A DNA stretch of 64,000 nucleotides from Nitrosomonas sp. (GTDB lineage Bacteria > Pseudomonadota > Gammaproteobacteria > Burkholderiales > Nitrosomonadaceae), in contig NZ_JAIEME010000039.1 of the NCBI RefSeq assembly GCF_019752415.1, positions 5,241 through 69,240 of the forward strand, given 5' to 3'. The notes below the pieces were generated by a model. That model searched no databases. It saw only the letters and a list, made by a program, of their open reading frames with translations, and had not been told where the DNA came from. Positions 49,251-59,051 of the stretch are shown here, in pieces. A program made the position numbers and the translations under genes. Position 1 is the stretch's first letter. Each line of letters starts with the position of its first letter.

Positions 49251-52200
49251 CTTTCACTCACATCCTGGGTAGGCATCATGACCGGCCATCGCTTGCCCGA
49301 TGCCAGATCAGGATGGCGCGGTTCGGAATCCGGCGTGCCATATTCGTCCCTGATCTCATCGATCTGATTCAAGCAACGCGAGGCGGCGTCCGTGGGGCTG
49401 TTGACCATCGTCATAGCGAGCAGTTCCCGTCGCAATTTACCGGCGGGAACGGGAACGATGTTGTATGCGCCTTTCCAGCTCTCGGAAGGAACGTGTTCAG
49501 TCACGACGTTCTCGATCGTGCGCCGCGAGATGAAAGAGAGATTTTTCTCGATCTCGATCTTGACGAGCAGCAGCAAACCATCCACATCGGGGTTTTCAGC
49601 GACGGCTTGCGCAAGCAACGCGAGACCGGGCTTCGTAGCGCCGACTCTTAGGATCTGATAGACGTGCGCACGCAGCTCGGGATGTTCACCTAGCAAACCA
49701 CCGAGTTGGCGCGCCATATGCCAGCGATCCGTTCCATTGGCAGCGAACGCACCGTTCGCTGCCAAATCCACAAATCGCCGCGCGGCTGACAGCGTGCCTC
49801 GGCGTATGGCGGCGTCGCGCCAGGCGTGGCTCGCGTAGAGTTTCGGATCGGCTTCCGCGAGCTGAAACAGGACGTTTTCGGCGGCGTCGCCAGGCGCCGT
49901 TCCGAAACCGGCGATCATTTCTTCCAAGCGGTCCACCCTGCGTTGATCGTCTGGCAAACCGCGTACGACAGCGAACGCTTCGGCAGGAGGGTTGGCGAAA
50001 GGCAGCAGGCGCAGCCATTCCTTCAACTCATAGCCGTTCTCCGACAAAATCCAGTTCTGCGCCTTAGCCGCCTTGAATACCTCCGCGAGGCCGTTCTTGA
50101 CCAGCTCGATGTCGATGCTTTCGCCCGAGAGGATGAGGTTTTGAAGGAGGGCGGCGCGCGCACCGCGCGGGGCCAGTGAAATGAGCTTTTGAATCGTGGC
50201 GTCGCGTTGGCCGTGCGGCAGTCGCGCGGCGACGACGCCGAGGGCAACGGCGTGCTTCTTCTGCTCCTCTGTCGCTCCATCGGCAATCAACGGCTCAATC
50301 GAGTTAAAAATGGCGTCGGCCTCCGCCGACGTTACGGCAGGATCTCTGGCGCGTACATCACGCTTCTCCTCAACACGCGAGAAATCTAATCCTCTCCGAA
50401 AGCGTTCCCCATCGCTGGGTTCATTCGCGGCGGTCCATTGCGTGGCCAATACGAGAGCGGCGAGTTGCCCAAAATGCTCGTCGTGCAGATATTCACGCAT
50501 CAACCTAGCGGTCTCCTCTGCGTTGATTGCGAGAAACGCGCGCTGATACTCGTGTGTGTGTAGAGTCCCGGCTTCGTTCGTCGCTCTTCCTTGACGCCAG
50601 CCTGTCGCCTTTGCTTCTTCCCTGAAGGCGCGGTAGCGGCGCAGATCTTCATCCAGCAACCGCTTGAGCAATCGCAGCAAGCCCACCGATGGGACGCGGC
50701 TAGCGACCCTTGCTATCGAAGCCAATTGCGAACGCGTCGCATCGCCTGAGGCGAGCATCCGGTTGCCCCAGTCTTCCGCAATGGCGCTGATTGTGGAGAC
50801 TGAATCGGCGTCGAAAGGCCTGCCGCGATCGTTCTTGTCGTCCGGGTGGCGAGAGATCAGCTCCGCCAACTCCGCCATTTCTTCGTTCCCCGCCTTTGCG
50901 GAGCTCTCACGGACAGCGGCTACCAGACTTGCGCCCGGCGTATGCCCGATGCGGTCTAGCAAAGAATGATAGCGGTCACCTGCGGCTTCGTCGTATTTGC
51001 CGTTCGGGTCGCGAAGATGCTTCTTCACTTCGAGAATAACTTCGATCATGCGGCCAACAGCTTGGGGTCCTAGCACTGACGCGGCAGCTTCAGCGCGATC
51101 ATCGTGGCGGCTAGTCTCAGAAAGTGCGGCCTCAAGAAGCGTGTCGTCCTCCAGACTAAAACCCGCAGAGGCTAGAAGATCATCTGCGCCGTAGAACAAC
51201 GTGCGGTCCGCGCGCGCACGCTGCAGGAGACCATCGGCGATAGCGCGTGAGTAGCGAGTCTGCGCCGCATAGAGGAGCTGGACTTCCGCATCCCGCTTTT
51301 TATCGATCTCCATTTCGGCGACGATCGCGGTCAGCTCGACGCTCAAGTCTTCGTCTCCTCGCGCATGGATGATCGCACGTAGCCGATCGTAAGCCGAAGC
51401 GCCTTGCTTCCGCCGACGTTCGTGCGCCGCCTCAATTCCTTTCTTGACGTGTTCGTCCGTCGCTTCGTCGACGAGGCCTCTGCGGGCCACCAAGTCGAAA
51501 GTCATTTCGTCCGCGCCGCGCAGCACCTCAGCGACATGGCGGTCCGCGCGGCGAAACGCAAGCGCATCAATCACCGTCGCCTTCACCTCGGGGTCGGGAT
51601 CATCTTTCGTAATGGCGGCCGCGAGGTCGAGGCCATCCATGCCGCTGTTTGATGCGATCTCGGCCAGGACGCTTTTCCGAACATCCGGCGATAATGCGGC
51701 AATACGCTTGGCCGCATCACTTCCCAGGAGGGATGGCCTGAATTGCCTGCCAGCTCGGAGTGCAGAGAGATTCACTTGGTTGTTCTCGTGCGTGATGAGC
51801 GGCCAGACTTGATTGAAAAATTCTGGGCGGCCTGAGGAAATCATGAAGCCTAGAGCACGATCGACTTTCCCAGGGGTATGCCACCGCCTAATAAGCCCTT
51901 GAATGGTCGAGCTAACACGTGCCCAAATGGCCTCAGTCGAACGGAAGATCATCTCGGCGGCGAGAATCGGGTCGACCTCGTACGCGGCAAGAATGGCCGC
52001 ACCGCAGGCTTCCTGCTGTCTTATGTCTCCGCGTGCCAGCCGCTCACACGCGAAGAGAATGGATTCTTCCCATGTCGGTTGATTCAGAACATCCGCCTTC
52101 AGCTTATTGTGGGAGGCAGGATCGCCGATACTCGCCATCATCAGGCGCTCGACGAAGTACGACGCATACCATTCCTGAAATTGCTGGTGCTGAAACGAAT

Positions 52201-53611
52201 AGCCTGCGGGATCGCCGATGCGCAGGAGCATGTGGTGGCTGACCAGCGACTCCAGCACCGTGTTGGGCTGAGGCTTTTCCGTGATCTGCCCTTCCGCCAC
52301 GAGCGCGCCCTCCGTTTCCGAGATGGATTTACGGGCGACAGCCTCTGGGACCGTCGTGTTAGCTGCGCGGGTGGCAATCGCCGCGAGGTCTTCGAGGAAT
52401 CGCTGATGTAAACTGTGCGTTACTTCCGCGAGTGTTTCAGCGCGCCGCGCGTCTTCTTCATGCATCGCAACGAAACGGCGCAGGACTTCTTCCTTCGTAG
52501 TCGGAAAAGGCGCGTCCTCGGGAAGAGTCAGCAGCGCCCTCAAGTAGAGCGGAATCGTGACAAGCTCTCGCACACCAGTCGTTCGCCAAGCCTGATCGAG
52601 CATGCGCACGCCCGCGTCACCACGCAGGGCCTTGGCGATATCAAACTGTTGCGTTTGACTGAGTGGGAGGAGATTGATGCGCGTGCCATCGACCGGTACA
52701 TCGAGCGCCTGCTTGCGCGTTGAGATCAGCAAGCTGAGTTCCGGCGACTCTGCTTGGAGGCGTGCGACTTGAACCGCTAAACGTTTACGCGACGCAGCAT
52801 CGAGCTCGTTCCAGCCGTCGAGCAGCAGGATTACGCCAGGCTTCGCCGCCACGGTGCGCAAGTCGTCTTCCGAGATTCCCCGAAACGCAGGGCGCTTCAA
52901 AACGGATTCGAGAAGCGCCACGCCGTCCGTGGACCAATCGTTGAGCTGGACGACGATTGGTGATCCATTTCCGTTAGCCAAGATCGCTTCTGCAATTTGG
53001 AACAGCGTCGTGGTCTTGCCCATTCCGGGCGGAGCGACAAGGATCAGATCATCGAGCGTGGTGAGCACGGCCGCCAGCGCTGACGTGCTCACGGAATCGC
53101 CCAAGCCGTCCACTTCGAGAGTCAGAGGAATGTGAGTGGACGGCCATTTGTCTAGACGGCGGAAAACCTCAAGATCGGCCGCAGTGGCTGCGCGAAGGCG
53201 CGCGCTTAACTCGCCTTCGGTGGGTGCTTTGACCGCTAGGCCTTGGCGCGCATCATTATGGACAACGCGCTGCCACGAATCCTTTTGCGCCTGCGCCTTC
53301 CACTCGTGGAGCAGTTCGACGGTGAACATCGAGTCCTTGGCGTCTACGGCTGTGCCGTGGTTCCGGCACATCCAGATGCCATTGTCCGGCGAGCTGCGCT
53401 GCGCAGGTGTTTGATTCGGATCGTAGCGGGGGCCGCCAGGTGCAGCGGCGCAAATGTGCGAAGCCGTGCCAATATTGATTTCGCCGTCGCCGTCCGAGTT
53501 GGAACCGATCGTCTCCTGGCGGCACGACGGATTAGAGCAACGCCAGCCAGCGCGCTTTGCGATCTGGAGCTTTGTTTTAGGTGAGAAATTGTCCCGGTTG
53601 TTCTTTGCCAT
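49184..53611 (-). CDS. NLR-like STAND protein: N-terminal HNH nuclease, NACHT NTPase, long helical (HEAT/ARM-like) repeat region; candidate anti-phage defence gene
   Basis: 1475 aa. HNH-like CSNPSC..ASHICAA..GGPRY..NGIWMCRNHGTAVD (aa ~25-90). Walker A LVAPPGMGKTT (aa 191-201). Walker B ILLLDGWNELD (aa 261-271). An A/L/R-rich repeat region of ~1100 aa. Strongly GC-rich relative to its flanks. Confidence 0.8.
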   Translation of the reverse strand: MAKNNRDNFSPKTKLQIAKRAGWRCSNPSCRQETIGSNSDGDGEINIGTASHICAAAPGGPRYDPNQTPAQRSSPDNGIWMCRNHGTAVDAKDSMFTVELLHEWKAQAQKDSWQRVVHNDARQGLAVKAPTEGELSARLRAATAADLEVFRRLDKWPSTHIPLTLEVDGLGDSVSTSALAAVLTTLDDLILVAPPGMGKTTTLFQIAEAILANGNGSPIVVQLNDWSTDGVALLESVLKRPAFRGISEDDLRTVAAKPGVILLLDGWNELDAASRKRLAVQVARLQAESPELSLLISTRKQALDVPVDGTRINLLPLSQTQQFDIAKALRGDAGVRMLDQAWRTTGVRELVTIPLYLRALLTLPEDAPFPTTKEEVLRRFVAMHEEDARRAETLAEVTHSLHQRFLEDLAAIATRAANTTVPEAVARKSISETEGALVAEGQITEKPQPNTVLESLVSHHMLLRIGDPAGYSFQHQQFQEWYASYFVERLMMASIGDPASHNKLKADVLNQPTWEESILFACERLARGDIRQQEACGAAILAAYEVDPILAAEMIFRSTEAIWARVSSTIQGLIRRWHTPGKVDRALGFMISSGRPEFFNQVWPLITHENNQVNLSALRAGRQFRPSLLGSDAAKRIAALSPDVRKSVLAEIASNSGMDGLDLAAAITKDDPDPEVKATVIDALAFRRADRHVAEVLRGADEMTFDLVARRGLVDEATDEHVKKGIEAAHERRRKQGASAYDRLRAIIHARGDEDLSVELTAIVAEMEIDKKRDAEVQLLYAAQTRYSRAIADGLLQRARADRTLFYGADDLLASAGFSLEDDTLLEAALSETSRHDDRAEAAASVLGPQAVGRMIEVILEVKKHLRDPNGKYDEAAGDRYHSLLDRIGHTPGASLVAAVRESSAKAGNEEMAELAELISRHPDDKNDRGRPFDADSVSTISAIAEDWGNRMLASGDATRSQLASIARVASRVPSVGLLRLLKRLLDEDLRRYRAFREEAKATGWRQGRATNEAGTLHTHEYQRAFLAINAEETARLMREYLHDEHFGQLAALVLATQWTAANEPSDGERFRRGLDFSRVEEKRDVRARDPAVTSAEADAIFNSIEPLIADGATEEQKKHAVALGVVAARLPHGQRDATIQKLISLAPRGARAALLQNLILSGESIDIELVKNGLAEVFKAAKAQNWILSENGYELKEWLRLLPFANPPAEAFAVVRGLPDDQRRVDRLEEMIAGFGTAPGDAAENVLFQLAEADPKLYASHAWRDAAIRRGTLSAARRFVDLAANGAFAANGTDRWHMARQLGGLLGEHPELRAHVYQILRVGATKPGLALLAQAVAENPDVDGLLLLVKIEIEKNLSFISRRTIENVVTEHVPSESWKGAYNIVPVPAGKLRRELLAMTMVNSPTDAASRCLNQIDEIRDEYGTPDSEPRHPDLASGKRWPVMMPTQDVSERNQGARSKTKNNCSCGISGRDN

Positions 53612-53902
53612 TGGGAGTGGCTACACGGACTCGCCGCATGCTAACTGGAGTGTTACCGTATTCATTTTGGATCGCAAGCAGCAGTCATTGGTGCTGATCG
53701 TTTTCGTTGCTGGCATCGTGCCGCCTAAAATTAGACTTCAAGAATAACGTAATATAATGCATCAATTTAGCTTTCAATATTACTGACTTTGTTAGATCCA
53801 CAAGTCGATAGGGTACGGCAATCTATAGAAAAAATACCGCGGATTTTAAATCAAGAACCTTGGAGTTACTTAAGAAAGTACTTACCATGTGATTCGTTAT
53901 GA

Positions 53903-53995
53903 TCAGATTTGCCGGTAATTCTCTTGGTGAAGATTGCGGCGAGCGACCAGTACGATCAATTGCTCATCATACACTTCGCCCGTCATATGATAGGA
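53903..53995 (-). pseudogene. possible C-terminal remnant of a RelE/ParE-type toxin
   Basis: ..ISYHMTGEVYDEQLIVLVARRNLHQENY resembles the RelE/ParE C-terminus (..YRIIY.i.de..i.Vl.v.hR...Y). The expected N-terminal ~55 aa are missing and the frame overlaps the antitoxin end. Confidence 0.3.
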
Positions 53996-54212
53996 GATTA
54001 TGCTTTGCAGTTTTCCAATCCAGGATTGGGTCTGCTGGATCGTGCAAGACTTCCACGGCGCGAGAAGTATCTTCAAAATCTTCAAGATAATATTCAACAG
54101 CCTGTCTGATCACATCGGCACGCGTCCGATGCAATTTTGCTGCCGCCTCATCCAGCGCGGTGACCAGTTCATCCGGTAGTCTTGCCGATATTTGACGCAT
54201 TTCAGTTCTCAT
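53967..54212 (-). CDS. ribbon-helix-helix (CopG/RelB-type) antitoxin-like protein
   Basis: 81 aa. ISARLPDELVTALDEAAAKLHRTRADVIRQAVEYYLEDFED is a classic RHH N-terminal domain. Confidence 0.65.
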   Translation of the reverse strand: MRTEMRQISARLPDELVTALDEAAAKLHRTRADVIRQAVEYYLEDFEDTSRAVEVLHDPADPILDWKTAKHNLLSYDGRSV

Positions 54213-54235
54213 AGAGTAGTAGAAAAAGAGATACT

Positions 54236-57200
54236 TCAGTTATTAGTGTTCAACTTCTGAATCAATTCCTTAATCCGCATCACCCGCTTATTCACATCCT
54301 CAATCTTTACCTGAATTTTCAGTCGATCCGGGCCAGATAAAGAATATTCGCGGCTGCTTTGGATCAATTGGATGATTTTTAGCGGGTCGATCGGCGGGTT
54401 GGGGATGAATTGCACTTGGATGCTGTCGGCGCTGGCATCGATGCGTGTGATACCGAGTGGTTTGGCGGCGATGCGCAAACGGTGGCAGTCGAGCAATGCC
54501 CGGGTTGGGTTGGGTAGCAAGCCAAAGCGGTCGACCAATTCGCGTTGCATGTCGTCGAGCTGTTCGTCGTCGCAGCAATTGGCCATGCGTTTATACAGCA
54601 CCAAGCGTTCGTGAATGTCATGGCAATAATCTTCCGGCAATAAAGTCGGCACGTGTAGATTGATTTCTGTGGCAACGCCCAATGGGTGCTGCATATCGGG
54701 CTCTTTGCCTTGTTTTAAGGATTGGATGGCAGAATCCAGCATGGAGCTGTACAGACTGAAACCAATTTCCTGCATTTCTCCGCTTTGTGATTCGCTCAGT
54801 ACCGCACCAGCACCGCGAATTTCCAGATCGTGCATGGCAAGGTAAAACCCGGAACCGAGTTCTTCCATCGCTTGAATTGCTTCCAGGCGCTTTTTGGCTT
54901 GCGCGCCGAGCGCTTCTTCAGGTGGTGTCAGCAAATACGCATAAGCCTGATGATGCGAGCGGCCCACCCGGCCGCGTAGCTGATGCAATTGTGCCAGGCC
55001 GAAATTGTGCGCATTATTGATGAGGATGGTATTGGCGCTGGGAATGTCGATGCCGGTTTCAATGATGGTGGTGCATAACAGGATGTTGAAGCGTTGCTGG
55101 TAAAAATCCCGCATGACATGTTCCAAATCGCGTTCGCGCATTTGCCCGTGGGCAATATTGATGCGTGCCTCGGGTAGCAAACCGGATAGTTTTTCATACA
55201 TCAACTGAATGGTGCTGACTTCATTGTGCAGAAAATAGATTTGCCCGCCACGCTTCAGTTCGCGCAGACAAGCCTCGCGAATAATACCCATCGAGAGACT
55301 GCTGACAAAGGTGCGAATGGCAAGGAGGCGCTGTGGCGCGGTGGCAATGATGGAGAAATCGCGTAGCCCTTCCAGCGACATCGCCAATGTGCGTGGAATC
55401 GGCGTGGCGGTGAGTGTCAGCACATCGACTTCTGCGCGTAGTTTTTTTAATTCTTCCTTCTGCCGCACGCCAAAACGATGCTCTTCGTCAATAATGACCA
55501 AGCCCAGATTCTTGAAGTGAACGTCTTTCTGAATCAGTTTGTGCGTGCCGATAATAATGTCAATCTCGCCTTTGGCCAGACCCGCTAGCGCCAGCGTTTG
55601 TTCTTTGGCGGAGCGGAAGCGCGACAGTTCAGCAATTTTGACCGGCCATTGGTCGGCAATCAGGCTAAAGCGGTCGGAGAAATTCTGGAAATGTTGCTCA
55701 GCCAATAGCGTGGTCGGAACCAGGACAGCAACCTGTTTACCGTCGGCAACGGCAACAAAAGCGGCGCGCAGTGCCACTTCAGTCTTGCCGAATCCGACAT
55801 CGCCGCAAATGAGGCGATCCATCGGTTTCCCTGAGGTTAAATCTGCAATCACCGCTTTGATCGCCGCCGCTTGATCAGCAGTTTCCTCAAAACCGAATCC
55901 CTCGGCAAAAGCATCGTAATCATGCGGCCTAAGCGTAAAAGTATGGCCTTCGCGCGCTGCGCGCTGGGCATACAGATTCAGTAGCTCCGCCGCCGTGTCG
56001 CGCACTTGCTGCATGGCTTTGCGCTTGGCTTTATCCCATTGACCGCTGCCCAGCTTGTGCAGCGGTGCGGATTCCGGGGCAGCGCCGCTGTAACGGCCGA
56101 TCAAATACAGTTGTGAAACCGGCACGTAGAGCTTGTCGCCGCCCGCGTATTCCAGCGACAAAAATTCACTCAGCTCGCCCGGTTCGCCTTCCCCCACATC
56201 CATACTGACCAGCCCCAGATAGCGGCCAATGCCATGCTGCTCATGCACCACCGGATCGCCCGGTTTGATTTCCGACAGGTCACGCAGAATATTATCGGTC
56301 GAGGTAGTCTTGCGCGCTTCGCGTTCACGCCGCCCATAGACATGGGTCGAATACAGCTCACTTTCGGTGATAAACGCACGTTGCGCTGATTCCAGGATAA
56401 AACCGGTGTGCAGCGGTGCAACACTGAGCATGAAGGGCTGAGAACTGCTCAGAAATTGCGCGTAATCCTGACAACTGTCCGGATGCAAGCCATACTGATT
56501 CAGGTATTCCGCAATGAGTTCGCGCCGCCCCATACTTTCCGCCAGCAGCAAGATGCGTCCACCAGTTTGCGTGAAATGGGCGACAAACGCAGCGAGTTTT
56601 TCCAGCGGATTTTCCGCGTGGCGGTTGACTTGAACAGAGGGCAGCGGAGCAGTAGATTTTTTAGCCGCCAGCTTGAGATCTTGTCCATTGGATAGAATCT
56701 CAATGCGCGCATACGGTTTTAATTTGCCGAAGAAGCTATCGCTGGATAAAAATAATTCCTGCGGCGGCAATAGCGGACGGTCGCTATCACCGCGCAACAA
56801 TTGATAGCGCGATTGGGTGTCGCGCCAGAATTCGTCGATGATCGGACGGACATCCTGGTGCAGGCAAAGCAGCGTATTTTCCGGCAAGTAATCAAATAAC
56901 GTTGCCGTCTGTTCAAAAAACAGCGGCAAGTAATACTCGATACCGGCTGGTGTCAGACCTTTGCTGATATCTTTATAGATTTGTTTTTTGGATGGATCGC
57001 CCTCGAATTTCTCGCGAAAATTACCGCGGAAGCTGGTGCGCCCGGCCTCATCCAACGGAAATTCTCGCGCAGGGAGTAGGCGGATTTCGTTGACCGGATA
57101 AATGCTGCGTTGGGTGTCGACATCGAACGTGCGAATGGTGTCGATTTCGTTATCCAGTAAATCGATGCGATACGGCAGCGGGCTGCCCATCGGAAACAAA

Positions 57201-57712
57201 TCAATCAAGCCGCCGCGTACACTGTATTCGCCTGGCGAAAAAACTTGTGTGACGTGCGAGTAACCCGCAAAAGTCAGTTGACTGCGCAACCCGGCCAGAT
57301 CCAGCACCTCACCTTGTTTCAGAAAAAAAGTATGCGCGGCAAGATATTCACGCGGCAGCATGCGATACAGCGCTGTCGTCAAGGGCGCAATCAGCACATC
57401 ACAGGCGCCATTCATTACTTGATACAGTGTCGCGAGCCGTTCCGAAACGAGATCATGGTGCGGTGAAAAGGTATCGTAAGGCAGTGTTTCCCAGTCCGGG
57501 AGTAGATGCGCTCTTAATTCCGGTGCAAAGTAGGGAATTTCTTCCAATAATCTTTGCGCATCCAGTGCATTGGCAGTAATGATCGTGATAGGTTTCGCCT
57601 GCTGGGCGAGTTGCGCGAGAAACAGCGCGTCGCTCGAACCATCGAAATCAGCGAAGCGTAACAGGGTGCCGGGTGTGGGTAGGGTGTGCTGTTTCATTTT
57701 AAGCGGTGTCAC
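54236..57712 (-). CDS. mfd: transcription-repair coupling factor
   Basis: 1158 aa with a GTG start. UvrB-homology N-terminus. CarD-like GDPVVHEQHGIGRY. Helicase motifs (GDVGFGKTEVA, IIDEEHRFG, TATPIPRT, QLHQLRGRVGR). TRG/C-terminal domain. Confidence 0.95.
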   Translation of the reverse strand: MTPLKMKQHTLPTPGTLLRFADFDGSSDALFLAQLAQQAKPITIITANALDAQRLLEEIPYFAPELRAHLLPDWETLPYDTFSPHHDLVSERLATLYQVMNGACDVLIAPLTTALYRMLPREYLAAHTFFLKQGEVLDLAGLRSQLTFAGYSHVTQVFSPGEYSVRGGLIDLFPMGSPLPYRIDLLDNEIDTIRTFDVDTQRSIYPVNEIRLLPAREFPLDEAGRTSFRGNFREKFEGDPSKKQIYKDISKGLTPAGIEYYLPLFFEQTATLFDYLPENTLLCLHQDVRPIIDEFWRDTQSRYQLLRGDSDRPLLPPQELFLSSDSFFGKLKPYARIEILSNGQDLKLAAKKSTAPLPSVQVNRHAENPLEKLAAFVAHFTQTGGRILLLAESMGRRELIAEYLNQYGLHPDSCQDYAQFLSSSQPFMLSVAPLHTGFILESAQRAFITESELYSTHVYGRREREARKTTSTDNILRDLSEIKPGDPVVHEQHGIGRYLGLVSMDVGEGEPGELSEFLSLEYAGGDKLYVPVSQLYLIGRYSGAAPESAPLHKLGSGQWDKAKRKAMQQVRDTAAELLNLYAQRAAREGHTFTLRPHDYDAFAEGFGFEETADQAAAIKAVIADLTSGKPMDRLICGDVGFGKTEVALRAAFVAVADGKQVAVLVPTTLLAEQHFQNFSDRFSLIADQWPVKIAELSRFRSAKEQTLALAGLAKGEIDIIIGTHKLIQKDVHFKNLGLVIIDEEHRFGVRQKEELKKLRAEVDVLTLTATPIPRTLAMSLEGLRDFSIIATAPQRLLAIRTFVSSLSMGIIREACLRELKRGGQIYFLHNEVSTIQLMYEKLSGLLPEARINIAHGQMRERDLEHVMRDFYQQRFNILLCTTIIETGIDIPSANTILINNAHNFGLAQLHQLRGRVGRSHHQAYAYLLTPPEEALGAQAKKRLEAIQAMEELGSGFYLAMHDLEIRGAGAVLSESQSGEMQEIGFSLYSSMLDSAIQSLKQGKEPDMQHPLGVATEINLHVPTLLPEDYCHDIHERLVLYKRMANCCDDEQLDDMQRELVDRFGLLPNPTRALLDCHRLRIAAKPLGITRIDASADSIQVQFIPNPPIDPLKIIQLIQSSREYSLSGPDRLKIQVKIEDVNKRVMRIKELIQKLNTNN

Positions 57713-57796
57713 AGTAGTGCAATGCCATGAAAAGACTGATCTTGAATAAAAACCGCATATTATAGGCCAGTTTTAAGTCATCTTCTGTTCTGCATG

Positions 57797-57910
57797 AGGG
57801 GAACTCTGAACAGTCCTCATATGTCATTCCGAACAAAGTGAGGACTCTTTGGCAATCAATACCATAGATTTCTCGCTACGCTCGAAATGACAGTTATCCA
57901 GAGTTCCTTT
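57797..57910. repeat. nested palindromic MITE-like element (family B-related)
   Basis: Outer inverted repeat AGGGGAACTCTG / CAGAGTTCCTT. Inner inverted repeat TGTCATTCCGAACAAAGTGAGGA / TTCTCGCTACGCTCGAAATGACA. A related half-site GTCAGTTCGAGCATAGTAAGAAATC lies near 58980. Confidence 0.6.
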
Positions 57911-58079
57911 AGCGTTTTCAGGCGGCAGATTTTCTATTAAAGCGCAAATTTTCGCTTTATTCATGGTTTGAATCTGAATCAAATAAGACTATCCTTAGCA
58001 CAGTGTCTTAAAAAGACTGATATTTATCGTAGAATATATAACGCTTAATCGAGAAAACAGCTGATTTAACGGATTAAAT

Positions 58080-58913
58080 ATGCGCGCTTTCATAGAATCA
58101 AACATGCAAAAATTGGAGAGAAGAATTGCCTTGTTCGTAGTCACGGTAATTGCGGTTGCTTGCTTGACCGCACCGGTTTTTTCGCAAAGCATTTCTCCAA
58201 CTTTATTGACTGAAGAGAATAAACAGAAAATTGAACTCGCTGTCTGGCGATATGCCATTGATACGCCGCTGCTTGTGGAAACAATCGATTGGTTTCGCGA
58301 TCTGTCGCGGAATTCTCAGGAATCAGCCGCTATCGCCGAGCTCTCTCGCCTGAAGTTTATGATTGCACAACTCGAAATGGATAAAGAGCGCCGTGTTCAA
58401 CTATTTGAACGGTGCATAGCTGTAGCCGACCGGTCGATTGCTTTGAACCCAAATGATGCAAGAGGTCTTTTTTGGAAGGCCGTTGCAATGGGAAAAATGG
58501 CAGAAGATAGCGGTATCGTGAATGCATTCAGAATGCTCCGGCCGATGGAAAAAATGCTATTGAAAGTAGTCGCTCTGGATGAACAATACGAAAATGCCGG
58601 TGCGCACAGGGCACTGGGCCGTATGTATCACAAACTCCCGGGATTCCCCATTAGTTTTGGCAGTAACCAGAAAGCCCTTGCGCACTTGAAGCGAGCACAC
58701 GAACTGTTTCCCAGAGACGTCATCACGCGCGCTTTTTATGCTGAGGTACTGTATGACGAAGGCAGGAAAGCAGAAGCACGCAGGCATGCGGATTTTGTTC
58801 TGGCGACACCGATTGACGAAGAAGATGCGCTGGAATTCGCTGAATATGTCGATATCGCGCTGGGTGTTGTCAAGAAAACCAGCAGCTCAGATATTAAATT
58901 GGGAAATTACTAA
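58080..58913 (+). CDS. secreted TPR-like protein
   Basis: 277 aa. Signal peptide (..LTAPVFSQS). Helical repeat pattern (ALNPNDARGLFWKAVAMGKMAE..AHRALGRMYHKLP..ALAHLKRAHELFP). Confidence 0.55.
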   Translation: MRAFIESNMQKLERRIALFVVTVIAVACLTAPVFSQSISPTLLTEENKQKIELAVWRYAIDTPLLVETIDWFRDLSRNSQESAAIAELSRLKFMIAQLEMDKERRVQLFERCIAVADRSIALNPNDARGLFWKAVAMGKMAEDSGIVNAFRMLRPMEKMLLKVVALDEQYENAGAHRALGRMYHKLPGFPISFGSNQKALAHLKRAHELFPRDVITRAFYAEVLYDEGRKAEARRHADFVLATPIDEEDALEFAEYVDIALGVVKKTSSSDIKLGNY

Positions 58914-59051
58914 ATACCAATAGTCACTCAAGTTCCCGGAATGAAGCTTTCTGCTTGTTAAGGGAGTCTTGAATAACCGTCAGTTCGAGCATAGTAAGAA
59001 ATCAACGCCATCCGATAAACTACCGCATCAAAATTACCCGGCTGAAATGGT

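Noticed and set aside
49244-53747. About 25 listed ORFs of 60-180 aa on both strands overlapping the 1475-aa gene (for example 49244-49651, 49686-50018, 51878-52411, 53243-53584).
   Set aside because: They lie in GC-rich DNA, where stop codons are rare in all frames. Their products are Arg/Ala/Pro-rich with no motifs, and they are fully nested in a long ORF with clear HNH and NACHT motifs. They are compositional artefacts.
53899-54109. Plus-strand ORFs 53899-54090 and 53909-54109, and the N-terminal part of minus-strand ORF 53903-54097 (MNIILKILKILLAPWK...).
   Set aside because: They overlap the RHH gene and the toxin stub. Only the last ~30 codons of 53903-54097 resemble RelE/ParE, and the remainder is out-of-frame antitoxin sequence.
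54300-57466. Nested ORFs inside mfd on both strands (for example 54300-54578, 54928-55197, 55539-55874, 56408-56695).
   Set aside because: They are entirely contained in a full-length, motif-complete mfd reading frame and have no independent signals.
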